Positions 20,128 to 29,636 of a stretch of 64,000 bases of DNA are shown piece by piece. Under the pieces are notes generated by a model that saw only the letters and a program-made list of their open reading frames with translations, was not told the origin of the DNA and searched no databases. How positions within the stretch are numbered: the stretch's first letter is position 1; the number at the start of each line of letters is the position of its first letter. This DNA comes from an uncultured Acetatifactor sp. (GTDB taxonomy: Bacteria > Bacillota > Clostridia > Lachnospirales > Lachnospiraceae): assembly GCA_910578185.1 (NCBI GenBank), contig CAJTPN010000002.1, forward strand, positions 117,158 to 181,157, given 5' to 3'. Made by a program: the position numbers and the translations under genes.

Positions 20128-20166
20128 AAACAGTTGACAACAGTTAATAACTGTTATATACTGTTT
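20128..20166 (+). promoter_or_regulatory. SigmaA promoter embedded in a palindromic GntR/YtrA operator
   Basis: TTGACA (20134)-17 bp-TATACT (20157); AACAGTTA-A-TAACTGTT in the spacer, outer arms AAACAGT/ACTGTTT. Confidence 0.8.
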
Positions 20167-20186
20167 ACAAGAAAGGGGGGAAGAAA

Positions 20187-20558
20187 GTGAAATTAATTAT
20201 CAGTAATTCTTCCATGCAGCCTATCTATGAACAGATTTTGTACCAGGTAAAGGCAAAGATTATGAGGGGAGAGCTAAAGGAAGGTGAAATGCTTCCCTCG
20301 GTTCGCACCTTGGCAAAAGAGATTAAGGTTAGCGCCTTAACCGTGAAAAAAGCATACGATGCACTGGAAGAGGAGGGCTTTACTGTCACAATACATGGAA
20401 AGGGAAGTTTTGTGACTCATGCAAATCAGGCGATCATGTTGGAGGAGAAAAAGAAAGAAGTGGAGACCGATTTGGAAACTGCGATTCAAAAAGGCAGAAG
20501 CTGTGGAATGAGCGATCAGGAATTGACGGAATTATTTCAGCTTGTATTGGAGGATTAG
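20187..20558 (+). CDS. GntR-family (YtrA subfamily) regulator
   Basis: PIYEQI, LPSVRTLA, TVKKAYDALEEEG, GKGSFV; 123 aa; first gene of an ABC operon. Confidence 0.93.
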   Translation: MKLIISNSSMQPIYEQILYQVKAKIMRGELKEGEMLPSVRTLAKEIKVSALTVKKAYDALEEEGFTVTIHGKGSFVTHANQAIMLEEKKKEVETDLETAIQKGRSCGMSDQELTELFQLVLED

Positions 20559-20561
20559 GAA

Positions 20562-21410
20562 ATGCTTAAACTGGAAAAGGTAAAAAAACGCTACGGAGAA
20601 TTTGAGTTGGAATGCACAATGGAAGTAAAGACGGGCAGTGTCACCGGTATCATCGGCGTAAACGGAGCGGGAAAGAGTACTACGTTTAAGGCAATTCTGG
20701 GACTGATCCGGTATGATGAAGGGAAAATAGAAATTATGGGAAAGTCCCCGGAAAAATTAGGGAGCAGGGACAAGGAAGAAATCGGAGTCGTTCTGTCGGA
20801 GGCAGGTTTCAGCGACTACCTCACCGTCCGGGATTTGGTGCCTATATTGAAAAGCATGTATACAAAATTTGATACGGCGGAATTTCTGGAAAGATGCAAA
20901 GACCTTTGTCTGCCGGAAAATAAGTGTATCAAGGAATTTTCAACAGGCATGAAACGGAAATTACAGGTTCTGGCAGCTATTTCCCATAATGCCAAATTCC
21001 TGCTTTTGGACGAACCTACGGCGGGGCTTGATGTGATTGCCAGAGATGATCTTTTGGGGATGTTGAGAGAGTATATGGAGCCGGGAGACAGATCTATCCT
21101 GATCAGTTCCCATATATCAGGAGATTTGGAGGGGTTCTGTGACGATGTCTATCTGATTGACAACGGTAAAATTCTTCTTCATGAAGAAACGGATCTGCTG
21201 TTGAGCGACTACGCGCTTTTAAAGGCCACAGAAGATCAATTTCAGAAACTGGATAAAAAATATATTCTGCGGTACAGAAAAGAGGGATATGGATATGGCT
21301 GTCTGACCAACCAGAAACAATTTTTTCTGGAAAATTATCCGGAGATTGCCATGGAAAAGGGCAGTATTGATGAAGTGATAATGATGATGAGTAGAGGTGA
21401 AAAGAAATGA
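20562..21410 (+). CDS. ABC transporter ATP-binding protein
   Basis: GVNGAGKST, FSTGMK, LLLDEPT, SSH. Confidence 0.95.
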   Translation: MLKLEKVKKRYGEFELECTMEVKTGSVTGIIGVNGAGKSTTFKAILGLIRYDEGKIEIMGKSPEKLGSRDKEEIGVVLSEAGFSDYLTVRDLVPILKSMYTKFDTAEFLERCKDLCLPENKCIKEFSTGMKRKLQVLAAISHNAKFLLLDEPTAGLDVIARDDLLGMLREYMEPGDRSILISSHISGDLEGFCDDVYLIDNGKILLHEETDLLLSDYALLKATEDQFQKLDKKYILRYRKEGYGYGCLTNQKQFFLENYPEIAMEKGSIDEVIMMMSRGEKK

Positions 21411-22060
21411 AGGGATTATTATTAAAGGATTTTTGTTTATTGAAGGGGCAGAAAAGTTTTTGGGTGGGGATAGTAATTATCAGTATTGTATTTTTGGGCA
21501 TCTTTGAAAATCCTGCTTTTGTAATTTGTTATATAACGCTTATGGCGGCCATGTTTACATCCAGTACCTTAAATTATGATGAATTTCAAAATGGTATGAG
21601 CTATTTGCTTACTTTGCCGGTGAGCAGGAGAGGATATGTGGAGGAGAAATATGTGTTCGGATTGTCAATTTCTGCCTGTGCCACGATTCTGGGGGTTGTG
21701 TTTACACTGGCCGCCGGTATTGTTAAGGGGGAACAGTATGAAAAAGGAGAACTGATTTCCGCTGCAGTGGCAGGGATGATGATTGCCATGGTTTTGATGG
21801 CGGTTATGATTCCGCTCCAGCTGAAGTTCGGTGCGGAAAAAGGAAGATGGGCATTGTTCGGAGTATACGGTATGACTTTAGTAGTTGGATATTTAGCAAT
21901 AAAAGTATTTCATATACCTTTTATAACCATTATGAATAAATTGGACTGGATTCTGGAGGATGATTTTGCCATGACAGCACTTTGTATGGTCATGGGACTT
22001 GTGATGTTGTCGATATCATATTTTATTTCCATAGAAATCTTAAAGAAAAAACAATATTAG
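21407..22060 (+). CDS. ABC-2 type permease
   Basis: MKGLLLKD, LTLPVSR..YV.EKY, about six hydrophobic helices. Confidence 0.88.
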   Translation: MKGLLLKDFCLLKGQKSFWVGIVIISIVFLGIFENPAFVICYITLMAAMFTSSTLNYDEFQNGMSYLLTLPVSRRGYVEEKYVFGLSISACATILGVVFTLAAGIVKGEQYEKGELISAAVAGMMIAMVLMAVMIPLQLKFGAEKGRWALFGVYGMTLVVGYLAIKVFHIPFITIMNKLDWILEDDFAMTALCMVMGLVMLSISYFISIEILKKKQY

Positions 22061-22139
22061 CATATAAAAACAGTTCCTTGCCCTGTTTAAACCGTTCAAA
22101 ATATGATGCGGAAGAAAGATGTGGATTGATTAAATGGTA

Positions 22140-22168
22140 TTGACATATCAGTTTGAATTTGTTATGAT
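22140..22168 (+). promoter_or_regulatory. SigmaA promoter about 300 bp upstream of the subtilase gene
   Basis: TTGACA (22140)-17 bp-TATGAT (22163) with extended TG. Confidence 0.75.
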
Positions 22169-22469
22169 AAACACCTCACCGGGGAAATTGATTTCAATGG
22201 TGAGGTGTTGTGTTCTATAGGATGTTTTTTCAATATTTTCTGTTTTATCAGCCGGGCTATCGGCAATTTTCAGCATTTAAAAACGTTCCGTATTCGGAGA
22301 CAGTCTGTTTATGTACCTTGACAATTAAATATCTCGCAGAAGGCCACAGGAGTTTCCTGGCTGTAAATTAACGCGTATGACAGGTGTTTGAATGAGGTGT
22401 GTAAAGAGGATAACAAATCATTTATACGCATTTACAATGATATTTATCAAGTAGGCGGGAGGTATATAA

Positions 22470-25400
22470 ATGGCTAAAAGAAAGAGAATAGCAGGAATGG
22501 CAGCAACTTTATTTGTGGCAGTTATATTGCTGGTAATCTATCTGCTGCAGCACGACAGTCAGACATTGACGGAATATGTCCGCAGTCTGGAGGAATCGGG
22601 TCGCAGCAGACAAAATGTAGTGGTGGCGGTAATTGATTCAGGGTATACCGGGTGGGGAGAATATGAAGACAGAATATTGGAGGGGTATGATTTTGTGCAT
22701 GAAGATATGGAACCGGAAGATGAATATGGACATGGGACACGGATTGCGTCTTTGATTTTGGACAATACGCCGGAACAGGTCAAGGTTCTGCCGCTTAAAG
22801 TAGCTGATAGGAGCGGTTCTGCAGACGTGGCCGATGTGTGCAGGGCGCTGGAATATGCGGCTGACAAAAAAGCGGATATGATTAATTTGTCCTTGAATGT
22901 AATCATGGAGACAAGGGAAGCGGATACTTTAAATGCAACCATAAGGGAACTGACCCAAAAGGGAATCACGGTGATTGTATCTGCAGGAAATAATAACCTT
23001 GATGTGGAAGATCTAAGTCCTGCGGGAGTGGAGGGGGTTATTTCCGTGGGGGCGGTGGACGAATTGAAAAAACCGTATTTTTTTTCCGGATACGGAGAAA
23101 ATGTCAGTTTTTGTTCGTTGGGGAAATATGAGGAGGAATTGGGAAGCTCATATTCCGCCGCGTATGTGACGTCTGCGGCTTCAATATTAAAAATGTATGG
23201 CGTTGACTCCGTGGAGGAAGTACTGTTGCGGTATGGGGAAAGCTATTTGAACAGTGAAAAGTGCTGCGGAAAAAGATATGTATGGCTGGAAACTTTTCAT
23301 GCCAAAGGAAACGGAGCGAAAGATAGAGAAAAAGGTTTTGAACTGGCGGCGTTTTCTTCTGTAAAGGCGGGGGAGCTTGGGGCAGATATTTTGGAGTTGG
23401 ATTGGAAGGATTTGGATCCCAAAATATTGGAAGCATATTTACTTGGCACGGACAAGGGATATGTGGGTATGTTTTTAAAGTCTCTATCCAAAGAGGATCT
23501 GGCGCTGCTTAAAGAGAAATGCCCTGTACTTTGCTCTGAAGTGTCCGTTACTTCCTGTAATTGGGATCAGACAACGGAAAGCTTCAGAGCAAGTAAACGA
23601 ACGCAATGTGATTTTATTCAGTACTGCATCTGGCAATATGAAGAGAAAGCGGGCAGGATGACGGTTTCTGATTGGTTGATTCGCAATACAACGATGGTGT
23701 TTTACATTTCCAATGAAGACAGGAGCGTAAAATATCGATATGAGATACATGGGAACATTCATGACAAAGCGGCTGGCATTAAGGAAGAAAATGTCTTGGG
23801 AATGGATGGTTCACTGACACTTGTGGCATTTGGAGAAGAGGATCCTTACTTTAAGAAGCCGCGGCTTGGAGATGCGGGAATCAGGACTTATGCAACTGGT
23901 TTTTCGTCTAGGTGGGTGGCTTATGAAGGCGTGGAAGTCGAGAACGGCACAATAACTGCAAAAGACTTTAATGAACAGTTTAACACAGTCAACGGTTCGG
24001 ATAACGGAAATATTTTCTATGGTATCTCCATTCCCTTTACCGGAGTGACATTAAGCACAAGATCGGGATTTCATTATGATCCGGATAATATCAAAGCTTA
24101 TAAATATAATACCAATGAGGATGCACAGGTTCGCCGATATGCACATCTGTCCTATGAGGGCTGGGTTTACGATGACCTGCCGGAAATTGCACGATTGGAG
24201 GCGGGCTTTCGAAAGTTAAGCGGAATACTTTCAGCGGTTAAATACACTGCAAAAAGAAATCAGGACGGCAGCTTCGTATACGGTGAGAATACATATCAGT
24301 ATTGTCCGGATCCGACAATGATATCAAAAGAAGAGGCGCAAAAATTTTATGATATCGAAGAACACCAGGTGTACAGATTGACGAATCTGACCTCTTTTGA
24401 TGTGGAGAGAGGGGAGATGACACTTAACACGGACATTTTTTCTGCCAGCAGTCTTGATTTTTACGATACTTACAACAATAAGATTATTTATGCCAATGAT
24501 ATTGCGGAGTATGTCATTGCGCAGGAACCCAATGATTATCAGGTATGTCTGGACGCAAATTTCGGAACGATGCCCCATGTGGAAACAGGAGAAAGCGTGC
24601 CAATGACGGAAGTGACGGTTTGTTATGGATGCGAGAATTATAATGATATTGGGTGGGCAGAACCATATCGGGAAGGATTTCTCTTTCAGGGATGGTATAC
24701 GGACAGGGATTACGGAGAAGAAATTTGGGATGTGAGTGGCAAAGCAAAAGAGAGCGTTTATTGGAATCATGGTATTTGGAATTACACGGACGCCTGGTCT
24801 GCGGATAATAATCATTTGGTTTTTTATGCAAGATGGAATCCGGTCCGATATTCGATCCACTTCGACGCAAACGGTGGAAGCGGCAGCACCATGGATATGG
24901 AAGAACTTTTGTATGGCAGGGAGTATATACTTTCGGACGGGGATGGGTTATGGCGGGAAAGCTTTGGGTTCCTTGGCTGGAATACGATGCCGGACGGAAG
25001 CGGTATCGGTTATAAAGGTTCGGACATATATCGCAGGGATTATGGCAATCATGGGGATATTGTGACACTTTATGCCCAATGGCAGTTTATCGATACAATA
25101 CCTCCGGAAATTACGGTTGGGCCTCCGGAAGGACTCTCGCCGGAATCCACATGGGATCATTTAATCTACGGCTGGACAAACCATGACATTCAATTAGACT
25201 TTTCTGCCGAAGATCTGGAAATGCAATCCATTATTCTGTATGAGGAGGAAACCGGAAATATATTGGCCCAGGGGATAAGCCAGATATCCCATACCGTATC
25301 GGATAGCGGGATTTTTCATTTTTCCCTGGTGGCGACAGACCGTTCAGGAAATACAGCATCCAGACGAATCACTACCAAAATTGATCGTGTGGCGCCAAAG

Positions 25401-26096
25401 GGAGAATTGGAGATATCTTATGATGGACGTGTCCTGGATATTATGCTGCATCATATTGTGGAGGAGAATCAGGAACATCCCGATAATGAGGCTTCCGGTT
25501 GCAGGAGCGCATGGGTCTGTCTGCGTGGACTGGATGGACAGGGAAATGAGATATGCCGTGAGGAACGGCAGCTGATGCTGGCCACACCGGACAATATCTA
25601 TACGGGAGCGGTTTATGAGGGCAGCTTTCGGCTTGGAAACGAACTTAATTATAGCTCCGAATATATTGGTATTACGGCATATATCGTTGATCATGCAGGC
25701 AACTATCTTCCGGAGGCGGGCGCGAAGACCATACCGGCATTTGTGCTATGGGCAGATATGGAGAGATGTCTGGGAGAGGCCGTCAGCTGGAAGGCGGGAG
25801 AGGCTGGTATCATAGAAATCAAGGCAGCCGCATATGTGGACAGTATCAAAGTCTTTTTCCCTGCGGAATGGACAGAATCGGATGCTGAACTGGAGAATCC
25901 TGTCTTTGAATATCCTGTTAGTGAGCGGGCATTTGAAAAGAAGGAAGAGATCATATTTTATATTCCTTTGCGCGCGGATGACGGAACGTATAAAATTAAG
26001 GTATCTGCGTATAAAGACGGATATGAAAAATTTGTGGAGTTTTCGCTGAATACATCGGGTTCCATACTGGATGAACTCAGGACAAGGCTTCGATGA
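22470..26096 (+). CDS. Exported S8 (subtilisin-like) peptidase with two InlB-B/Listeria-Bacteroides-like repeats and Ig-like domains
   Basis: N-terminal hydrophobic helix; VAVIDSG, GHGT, INLSL, SAGN, GSSYSAAYV; repeats DANxG...GWxT...YAxW; DTIPPEI and KIDRVAP; GGAGG RBS. Confidence 0.85.
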   Translation: MAKRKRIAGMAATLFVAVILLVIYLLQHDSQTLTEYVRSLEESGRSRQNVVVAVIDSGYTGWGEYEDRILEGYDFVHEDMEPEDEYGHGTRIASLILDNTPEQVKVLPLKVADRSGSADVADVCRALEYAADKKADMINLSLNVIMETREADTLNATIRELTQKGITVIVSAGNNNLDVEDLSPAGVEGVISVGAVDELKKPYFFSGYGENVSFCSLGKYEEELGSSYSAAYVTSAASILKMYGVDSVEEVLLRYGESYLNSEKCCGKRYVWLETFHAKGNGAKDREKGFELAAFSSVKAGELGADILELDWKDLDPKILEAYLLGTDKGYVGMFLKSLSKEDLALLKEKCPVLCSEVSVTSCNWDQTTESFRASKRTQCDFIQYCIWQYEEKAGRMTVSDWLIRNTTMVFYISNEDRSVKYRYEIHGNIHDKAAGIKEENVLGMDGSLTLVAFGEEDPYFKKPRLGDAGIRTYATGFSSRWVAYEGVEVENGTITAKDFNEQFNTVNGSDNGNIFYGISIPFTGVTLSTRSGFHYDPDNIKAYKYNTNEDAQVRRYAHLSYEGWVYDDLPEIARLEAGFRKLSGILSAVKYTAKRNQDGSFVYGENTYQYCPDPTMISKEEAQKFYDIEEHQVYRLTNLTSFDVERGEMTLNTDIFSASSLDFYDTYNNKIIYANDIAEYVIAQEPNDYQVCLDANFGTMPHVETGESVPMTEVTVCYGCENYNDIGWAEPYREGFLFQGWYTDRDYGEEIWDVSGKAKESVYWNHGIWNYTDAWSADNNHLVFYARWNPVRYSIHFDANGGSGSTMDMEELLYGREYILSDGDGLWRESFGFLGWNTMPDGSGIGYKGSDIYRRDYGNHGDIVTLYAQWQFIDTIPPEITVGPPEGLSPESTWDHLIYGWTNHDIQLDFSAEDLEMQSIILYEEETGNILAQGISQISHTVSDSGIFHFSLVATDRSGNTASRRITTKIDRVAPKGELEISYDGRVLDIMLHHIVEENQEHPDNEASGCRSAWVCLRGLDGQGNEICREERQLMLATPDNIYTGAVYEGSFRLGNELNYSSEYIGITAYIVDHAGNYLPEAGAKTIPAFVLWADMERCLGEAVSWKAGEAGIIEIKAAAYVDSIKVFFPAEWTESDAELENPVFEYPVSERAFEKKEEIIFYIPLRADDGTYKIKVSAYKDGYEKFVEFSLNTSGSILDELRTRLR

Positions 26097-26138
26097 CCTA
26101 TGCCTTGCTGCCTGTGAGAGAAAGGTACGGTGTGAATA

Positions 26139-26167
26139 TTGACAGCATGTCTTCCAAAATATAAAAT
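26139..26167 (+). promoter_or_regulatory. SigmaA promoter upstream of the two-component operon
   Basis: TTGACA (26139)-17 bp-TAAAAT (26162). Confidence 0.7.
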
Positions 26168-26217
26168 AGAGACAAACATAGTAATATCTTTTGTCAGCAG
26201 GGACCGTTATGAGAAGA

Positions 26218-26249
26218 GATACAAGTAAGATACATCTTAAGTGTAACTT
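26218..26249 (+). promoter_or_regulatory. OmpR/PhoB-type direct repeat with downstream -10
   Basis: GATACA-N5-GATACA (26218, 26229), then 9 bp, then TAACTT. Confidence 0.55.
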
Positions 26250-26315
26250 GAATAGGGAAAAAGGACTTTTCAGGACAAAAAGAGATTGACAAGCATTTTG
26301 GAAATGAGGGAGAGT

Positions 26316-27008
26316 ATGCTGAAAATATTGATTGCTGAAGATGAGGAGCCCATTGCAAATTTGATTAAAATGAATCTGCGGAGGGCCGGATATCAGTGTG
26401 AGTGGGCGCCGGATGGGGAACAGGCGGCGGATATGATGGATCATGAAAAATTTGACCTTTTGCTGCTGGATATTATGCTGCCAGGAATCAATGGGTATGA
26501 ATTGATGGATTATGCCAAGACCTTGGAACTGCCGGTTATCTTTTTGACGGCACTTGGCAGTGTGGATAATAAAGTGAAGGGTTTGAAAATGGGGGCGGAC
26601 GATTATCTGACCAAGCCTTTTGAAATTGTGGAGCTGCTGGCAAGGGTGGAGGCTGTGCTGCGCAGGTATCATAAATCAGAGACAATTATAAATGTGTTTG
26701 ATGTGGTGATTGATACGGCATCCCGTTCCGTAACCAGGGGCGGGGAGCAGGTGGCGCTTACTATGAAAGAATTTGAACTTTTGCTTTTGCTGGCCCGTAA
26801 TCGCAATATAGCGTTGTATCGGGAAACCATGTATGAGACGGTGTGGGGCGGAGAATATATGGGACAAAGCAGGACTGTGGATTTGCATATTCAAAGATTA
26901 AAAAAGAAACTGAATTGGGACAGTGAAATTACGGCTGTCTACAAGGTGGGATACCGGTTGGAGGGAGAAGACGCCGCGAGGCATGACGGTCCGGAAATGA
27001 GGAAATAG
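26316..27008 (+). CDS. OmpR/PhoB-family response regulator
   Basis: ILIAEDE, LLDIMLP, GADDYLTKPF, RTVDLHIQRLKKKL, VGYRL. Confidence 0.96.
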   Translation: MLKILIAEDEEPIANLIKMNLRRAGYQCEWAPDGEQAADMMDHEKFDLLLLDIMLPGINGYELMDYAKTLELPVIFLTALGSVDNKVKGLKMGADDYLTKPFEIVELLARVEAVLRRYHKSETIINVFDVVIDTASRSVTRGGEQVALTMKEFELLLLLARNRNIALYRETMYETVWGGEYMGQSRTVDLHIQRLKKKLNWDSEITAVYKVGYRLEGEDAARHDGPEMRK

Positions 27009-28463
27009 ATGAAATTTGCTGATAAACTGTTCCTTTCAATGACTGTGCTTCTGGCGTTGATGTTTGCGCTTTTCGGGATCTGGATGCTGGCATCGGATTT
27101 CTCCTATTTGCTGAATAAAGAGATTGAACAGGGAAATGACGAAAGCCGTATGTTTCAGTTTTTGTTTGAAATGGGTTACCAGTCCACAGAGGAATACGGG
27201 GAGGATTATGCTATAAACAGGACTCTGAATAGTATTACGGGCAGTGTAGAGCGGGAAGGGAGTCATGTTTTTGTGGCGCTGCAGGACGGGACATATGTGT
27301 ACGGTGGAGAGTATCTGAACCAGATGCAATTTGTTGAGGAAGTAGGCGGCTTGACAAGGGCTTTGGGGCATACGGACAATTATGGTTACAGTATCCGGCA
27401 GATCGGCGGCGGTTATTATATGTTTACGGTTGCGATGACAGAGATAGCCACGGGAGATATCTATCTTGGAACTTGCAGAGATTTGACAAACATATATAAT
27501 AACAGGCAAAATCTTCTCTATAGATATCGTATTGCGCTGATATGTCTGCTATTTGTGGGCGGAATTTTTGCTTTTATGCTGTCGCGATACATTACAAAGC
27601 CCATACGCCGTCTGGATATGCTGGCGGGAAGAATCGCCGACGGTGATTACAATCTGCGTTCTCACAATAAAAGTTATGATGAGATCGGAGAGCTGGCGCG
27701 TAATTTTAACAGAATGGCAGATCAGTTGGTGGAGCAGATGCAGAAAAAGATGTTGGAGGCAAAGCAGAAAGAAGATTTTACTGCGGCGTTTGCACATGAA
27801 TTGAAAACGCCCTTGACATCCATTATAGGGTATGCGGATATGCTTAACTCTATGAAGCTTACCGATGAGGAGGCGCATGACGCTTATTTCTATATTTATA
27901 ATCAGGGGAAACGTCTGGAAAGCCTTTCGCATAAACTGTTGGAGCTGGTGAGTATGGACAAAACGGCGCTGGCGTACAGACCGATTTCCACAAAAGCTTT
28001 GGAGGAAAATATTCGCATTACCATGCGTCCTGTTTGGAGACAGCGCGGCATTAGGGGAAAAGTGGAGCTGGAGCGGTCAACATTATATGGTGACGGTGAA
28101 TTGTTATTATCGCTGTTTTACAATCTGTTAGATAATGCGGTAAAGGCAATGGATAAAGAAGAGAGCTGCTTTATCCTTATGAAAGGCGTGGTCTTAAGCG
28201 ATTGTTATGAATTCAAGGTGGTTGATAACGGCAGAGGAATTCCGAAAGAAGAGATCAGCCGTATTACGGAAGCCTTTTATATGGTGGACAAGTCCCGTTC
28301 CAGAAAGGAAGGGGGCGCAGGGATTGGGATGGCGCTGTGCCAGAAGATTATTCAGCTGCACAAAGGCGTGTTGCAGATCGACAGTAAACTGGGCGAGGGG
28401 ACGGTAATAAAGGTGGCATTTCCACTTAAATGGATGCCGGAAGATAGCAGGGCTGACACATGA
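27009..28463 (+). CDS. HAMP sensor histidine kinase
   Basis: Two hydrophobic helices, HAMP DEIGELARNFN, HELKTPLT, NLLDNA, DNGRG, GAGIG. Confidence 0.96.
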   Translation: MKFADKLFLSMTVLLALMFALFGIWMLASDFSYLLNKEIEQGNDESRMFQFLFEMGYQSTEEYGEDYAINRTLNSITGSVEREGSHVFVALQDGTYVYGGEYLNQMQFVEEVGGLTRALGHTDNYGYSIRQIGGGYYMFTVAMTEIATGDIYLGTCRDLTNIYNNRQNLLYRYRIALICLLFVGGIFAFMLSRYITKPIRRLDMLAGRIADGDYNLRSHNKSYDEIGELARNFNRMADQLVEQMQKKMLEAKQKEDFTAAFAHELKTPLTSIIGYADMLNSMKLTDEEAHDAYFYIYNQGKRLESLSHKLLELVSMDKTALAYRPISTKALEENIRITMRPVWRQRGIRGKVELERSTLYGDGELLLSLFYNLLDNAVKAMDKEESCFILMKGVVLSDCYEFKVVDNGRGIPKEEISRITEAFYMVDKSRSRKEGGAGIGMALCQKIIQLHKGVLQIDSKLGEGTVIKVAFPLKWMPEDSRADT

Positions 28464-29554
28464 TGAAAAAAACGAAATATGGAAGAAAGACAGTGCTCCA
28501 GGAAGGGCATGAAAAAGGGAAAAAAATATATGCTGCTACAAGGAGGGGATCCGGGAATAAAAATATTCCCGTAAAAAGAAATCCTTTTCTGTTTATATTG
28601 GAGATATTTGGACTCTGCATATTACTTTTGACCGTTTCTTATGCGCCCCAGTTGATTTTTGCAGTACAGGACGGTATTTTGTGGGGACAGCCATCGCTTA
28701 GTCAGCGGGAAAGCATGGATGTGGAAACCTTGAGCACTACTTATGAAAGTTCACTTGCGCGAAGAATGATGAACTATGCGGAAGGACTGGCAGCAGGTGA
28801 TCGTTTTTACGTGACTTCCCGCAGTCTTACCCCTGGTGAAAATTTATATCAATATATTAATTCTGAACAGGGTCTGTATCAGGACATGATATTTTCACTG
28901 GCCGATAATAGTTTGCTGGATTATTTGTTCTTGGATGAACTGGCCAGCTTGGAGAACTGTATGCGCTGCCAGTGGAAGCAATATGTTATTTACAGTGAGG
29001 ATTATACAAAAGGGGTTAATTTTATTCTCTGGTACATTGAATATAAGAACAGTAAAAATGAAGTGATAAAAATATTGACGGATGCGGAATCGGGAGTTCT
29101 TTATGCACTAAAGACGGAGGGGAGTGTACGCTTGTCAAAGCCACAAATTGGAATGTGGAGTGTACAGGATCCCATGGCAATATGGTCGTATTTTGCCTCA
29201 TTTTACGAGGCTACGGCTGCAAGTGAAGTATTAGAAATGGAAAATAAATTGTGGGAACAGGCGGGCTATGTTATGGAATATTATGAGATGGCCGTAAAGG
29301 AGGGAAGTGATTTGACAACAAAGGAAGATATCCAGACCGGAAGTAACTTTGTACAGAGTAACGCAGGATATGAGATGAGTGAAAATGCGTTATACTGTCG
29401 GCTTCCCTATGGGGAAAATTCCATGGATGTGGAAATTATCATCAGTAAAGAAAATGCTTTTTACAGTGATAAATTTGGAATCAGTTATTATCTGCTTCCT
29501 GATATGGTGATTGGTGTGCGTCAAATTTATGAAATGATTCCGGAATTTGCATAA
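28460..29554 (+). CDS. Single-pass membrane protein of unknown function coupled to the kinase
   Basis: ATGA overlap; basic N-terminus, one hydrophobic helix, large C-terminal domain. Confidence 0.7.
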   Translation: MMKKTKYGRKTVLQEGHEKGKKIYAATRRGSGNKNIPVKRNPFLFILEIFGLCILLLTVSYAPQLIFAVQDGILWGQPSLSQRESMDVETLSTTYESSLARRMMNYAEGLAAGDRFYVTSRSLTPGENLYQYINSEQGLYQDMIFSLADNSLLDYLFLDELASLENCMRCQWKQYVIYSEDYTKGVNFILWYIEYKNSKNEVIKILTDAESGVLYALKTEGSVRLSKPQIGMWSVQDPMAIWSYFASFYEATAASEVLEMENKLWEQAGYVMEYYEMAVKEGSDLTTKEDIQTGSNFVQSNAGYEMSENALYCRLPYGENSMDVEIIISKENAFYSDKFGISYYLLPDMVIGVRQIYEMIPEFA

Positions 29555-29577
29555 AAGACTCTTTGTACCAATATATT
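29549..29577 (+). promoter_or_regulatory. Candidate sigmaE-type promoter of the alanine symporter
   Basis: GCATAAA-14 bp-AATATATT. Confidence 0.5.
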
Positions 29578-29636
29578 TTATAAAACGGTAAGGGTTATGA
29601 TATCGGGGACAATGGTATCGTAATTGTGGAGCTTTT

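Noticed and set aside
22170..22209. Inverted repeat as an invertible promoter switch
   Set aside because: Arms are only about 18 bp apart, do not enclose the promoter, and there is no recombinase in the window
26286..26291. TTGACA just before the response regulator as a promoter or TTG start
   Set aside because: No -10 at the right spacing; the RBS supports ATG 26316
25746..26672. 308-aa minus-strand ORF, and similar long antisense ORFs at 1349-2101, 18988-19935, 31326-32273, 50598-51455 and 54211-55167
   Set aside because: All lie antisense to well-supported genes and show no recognisable motifs; typical shadow ORFs
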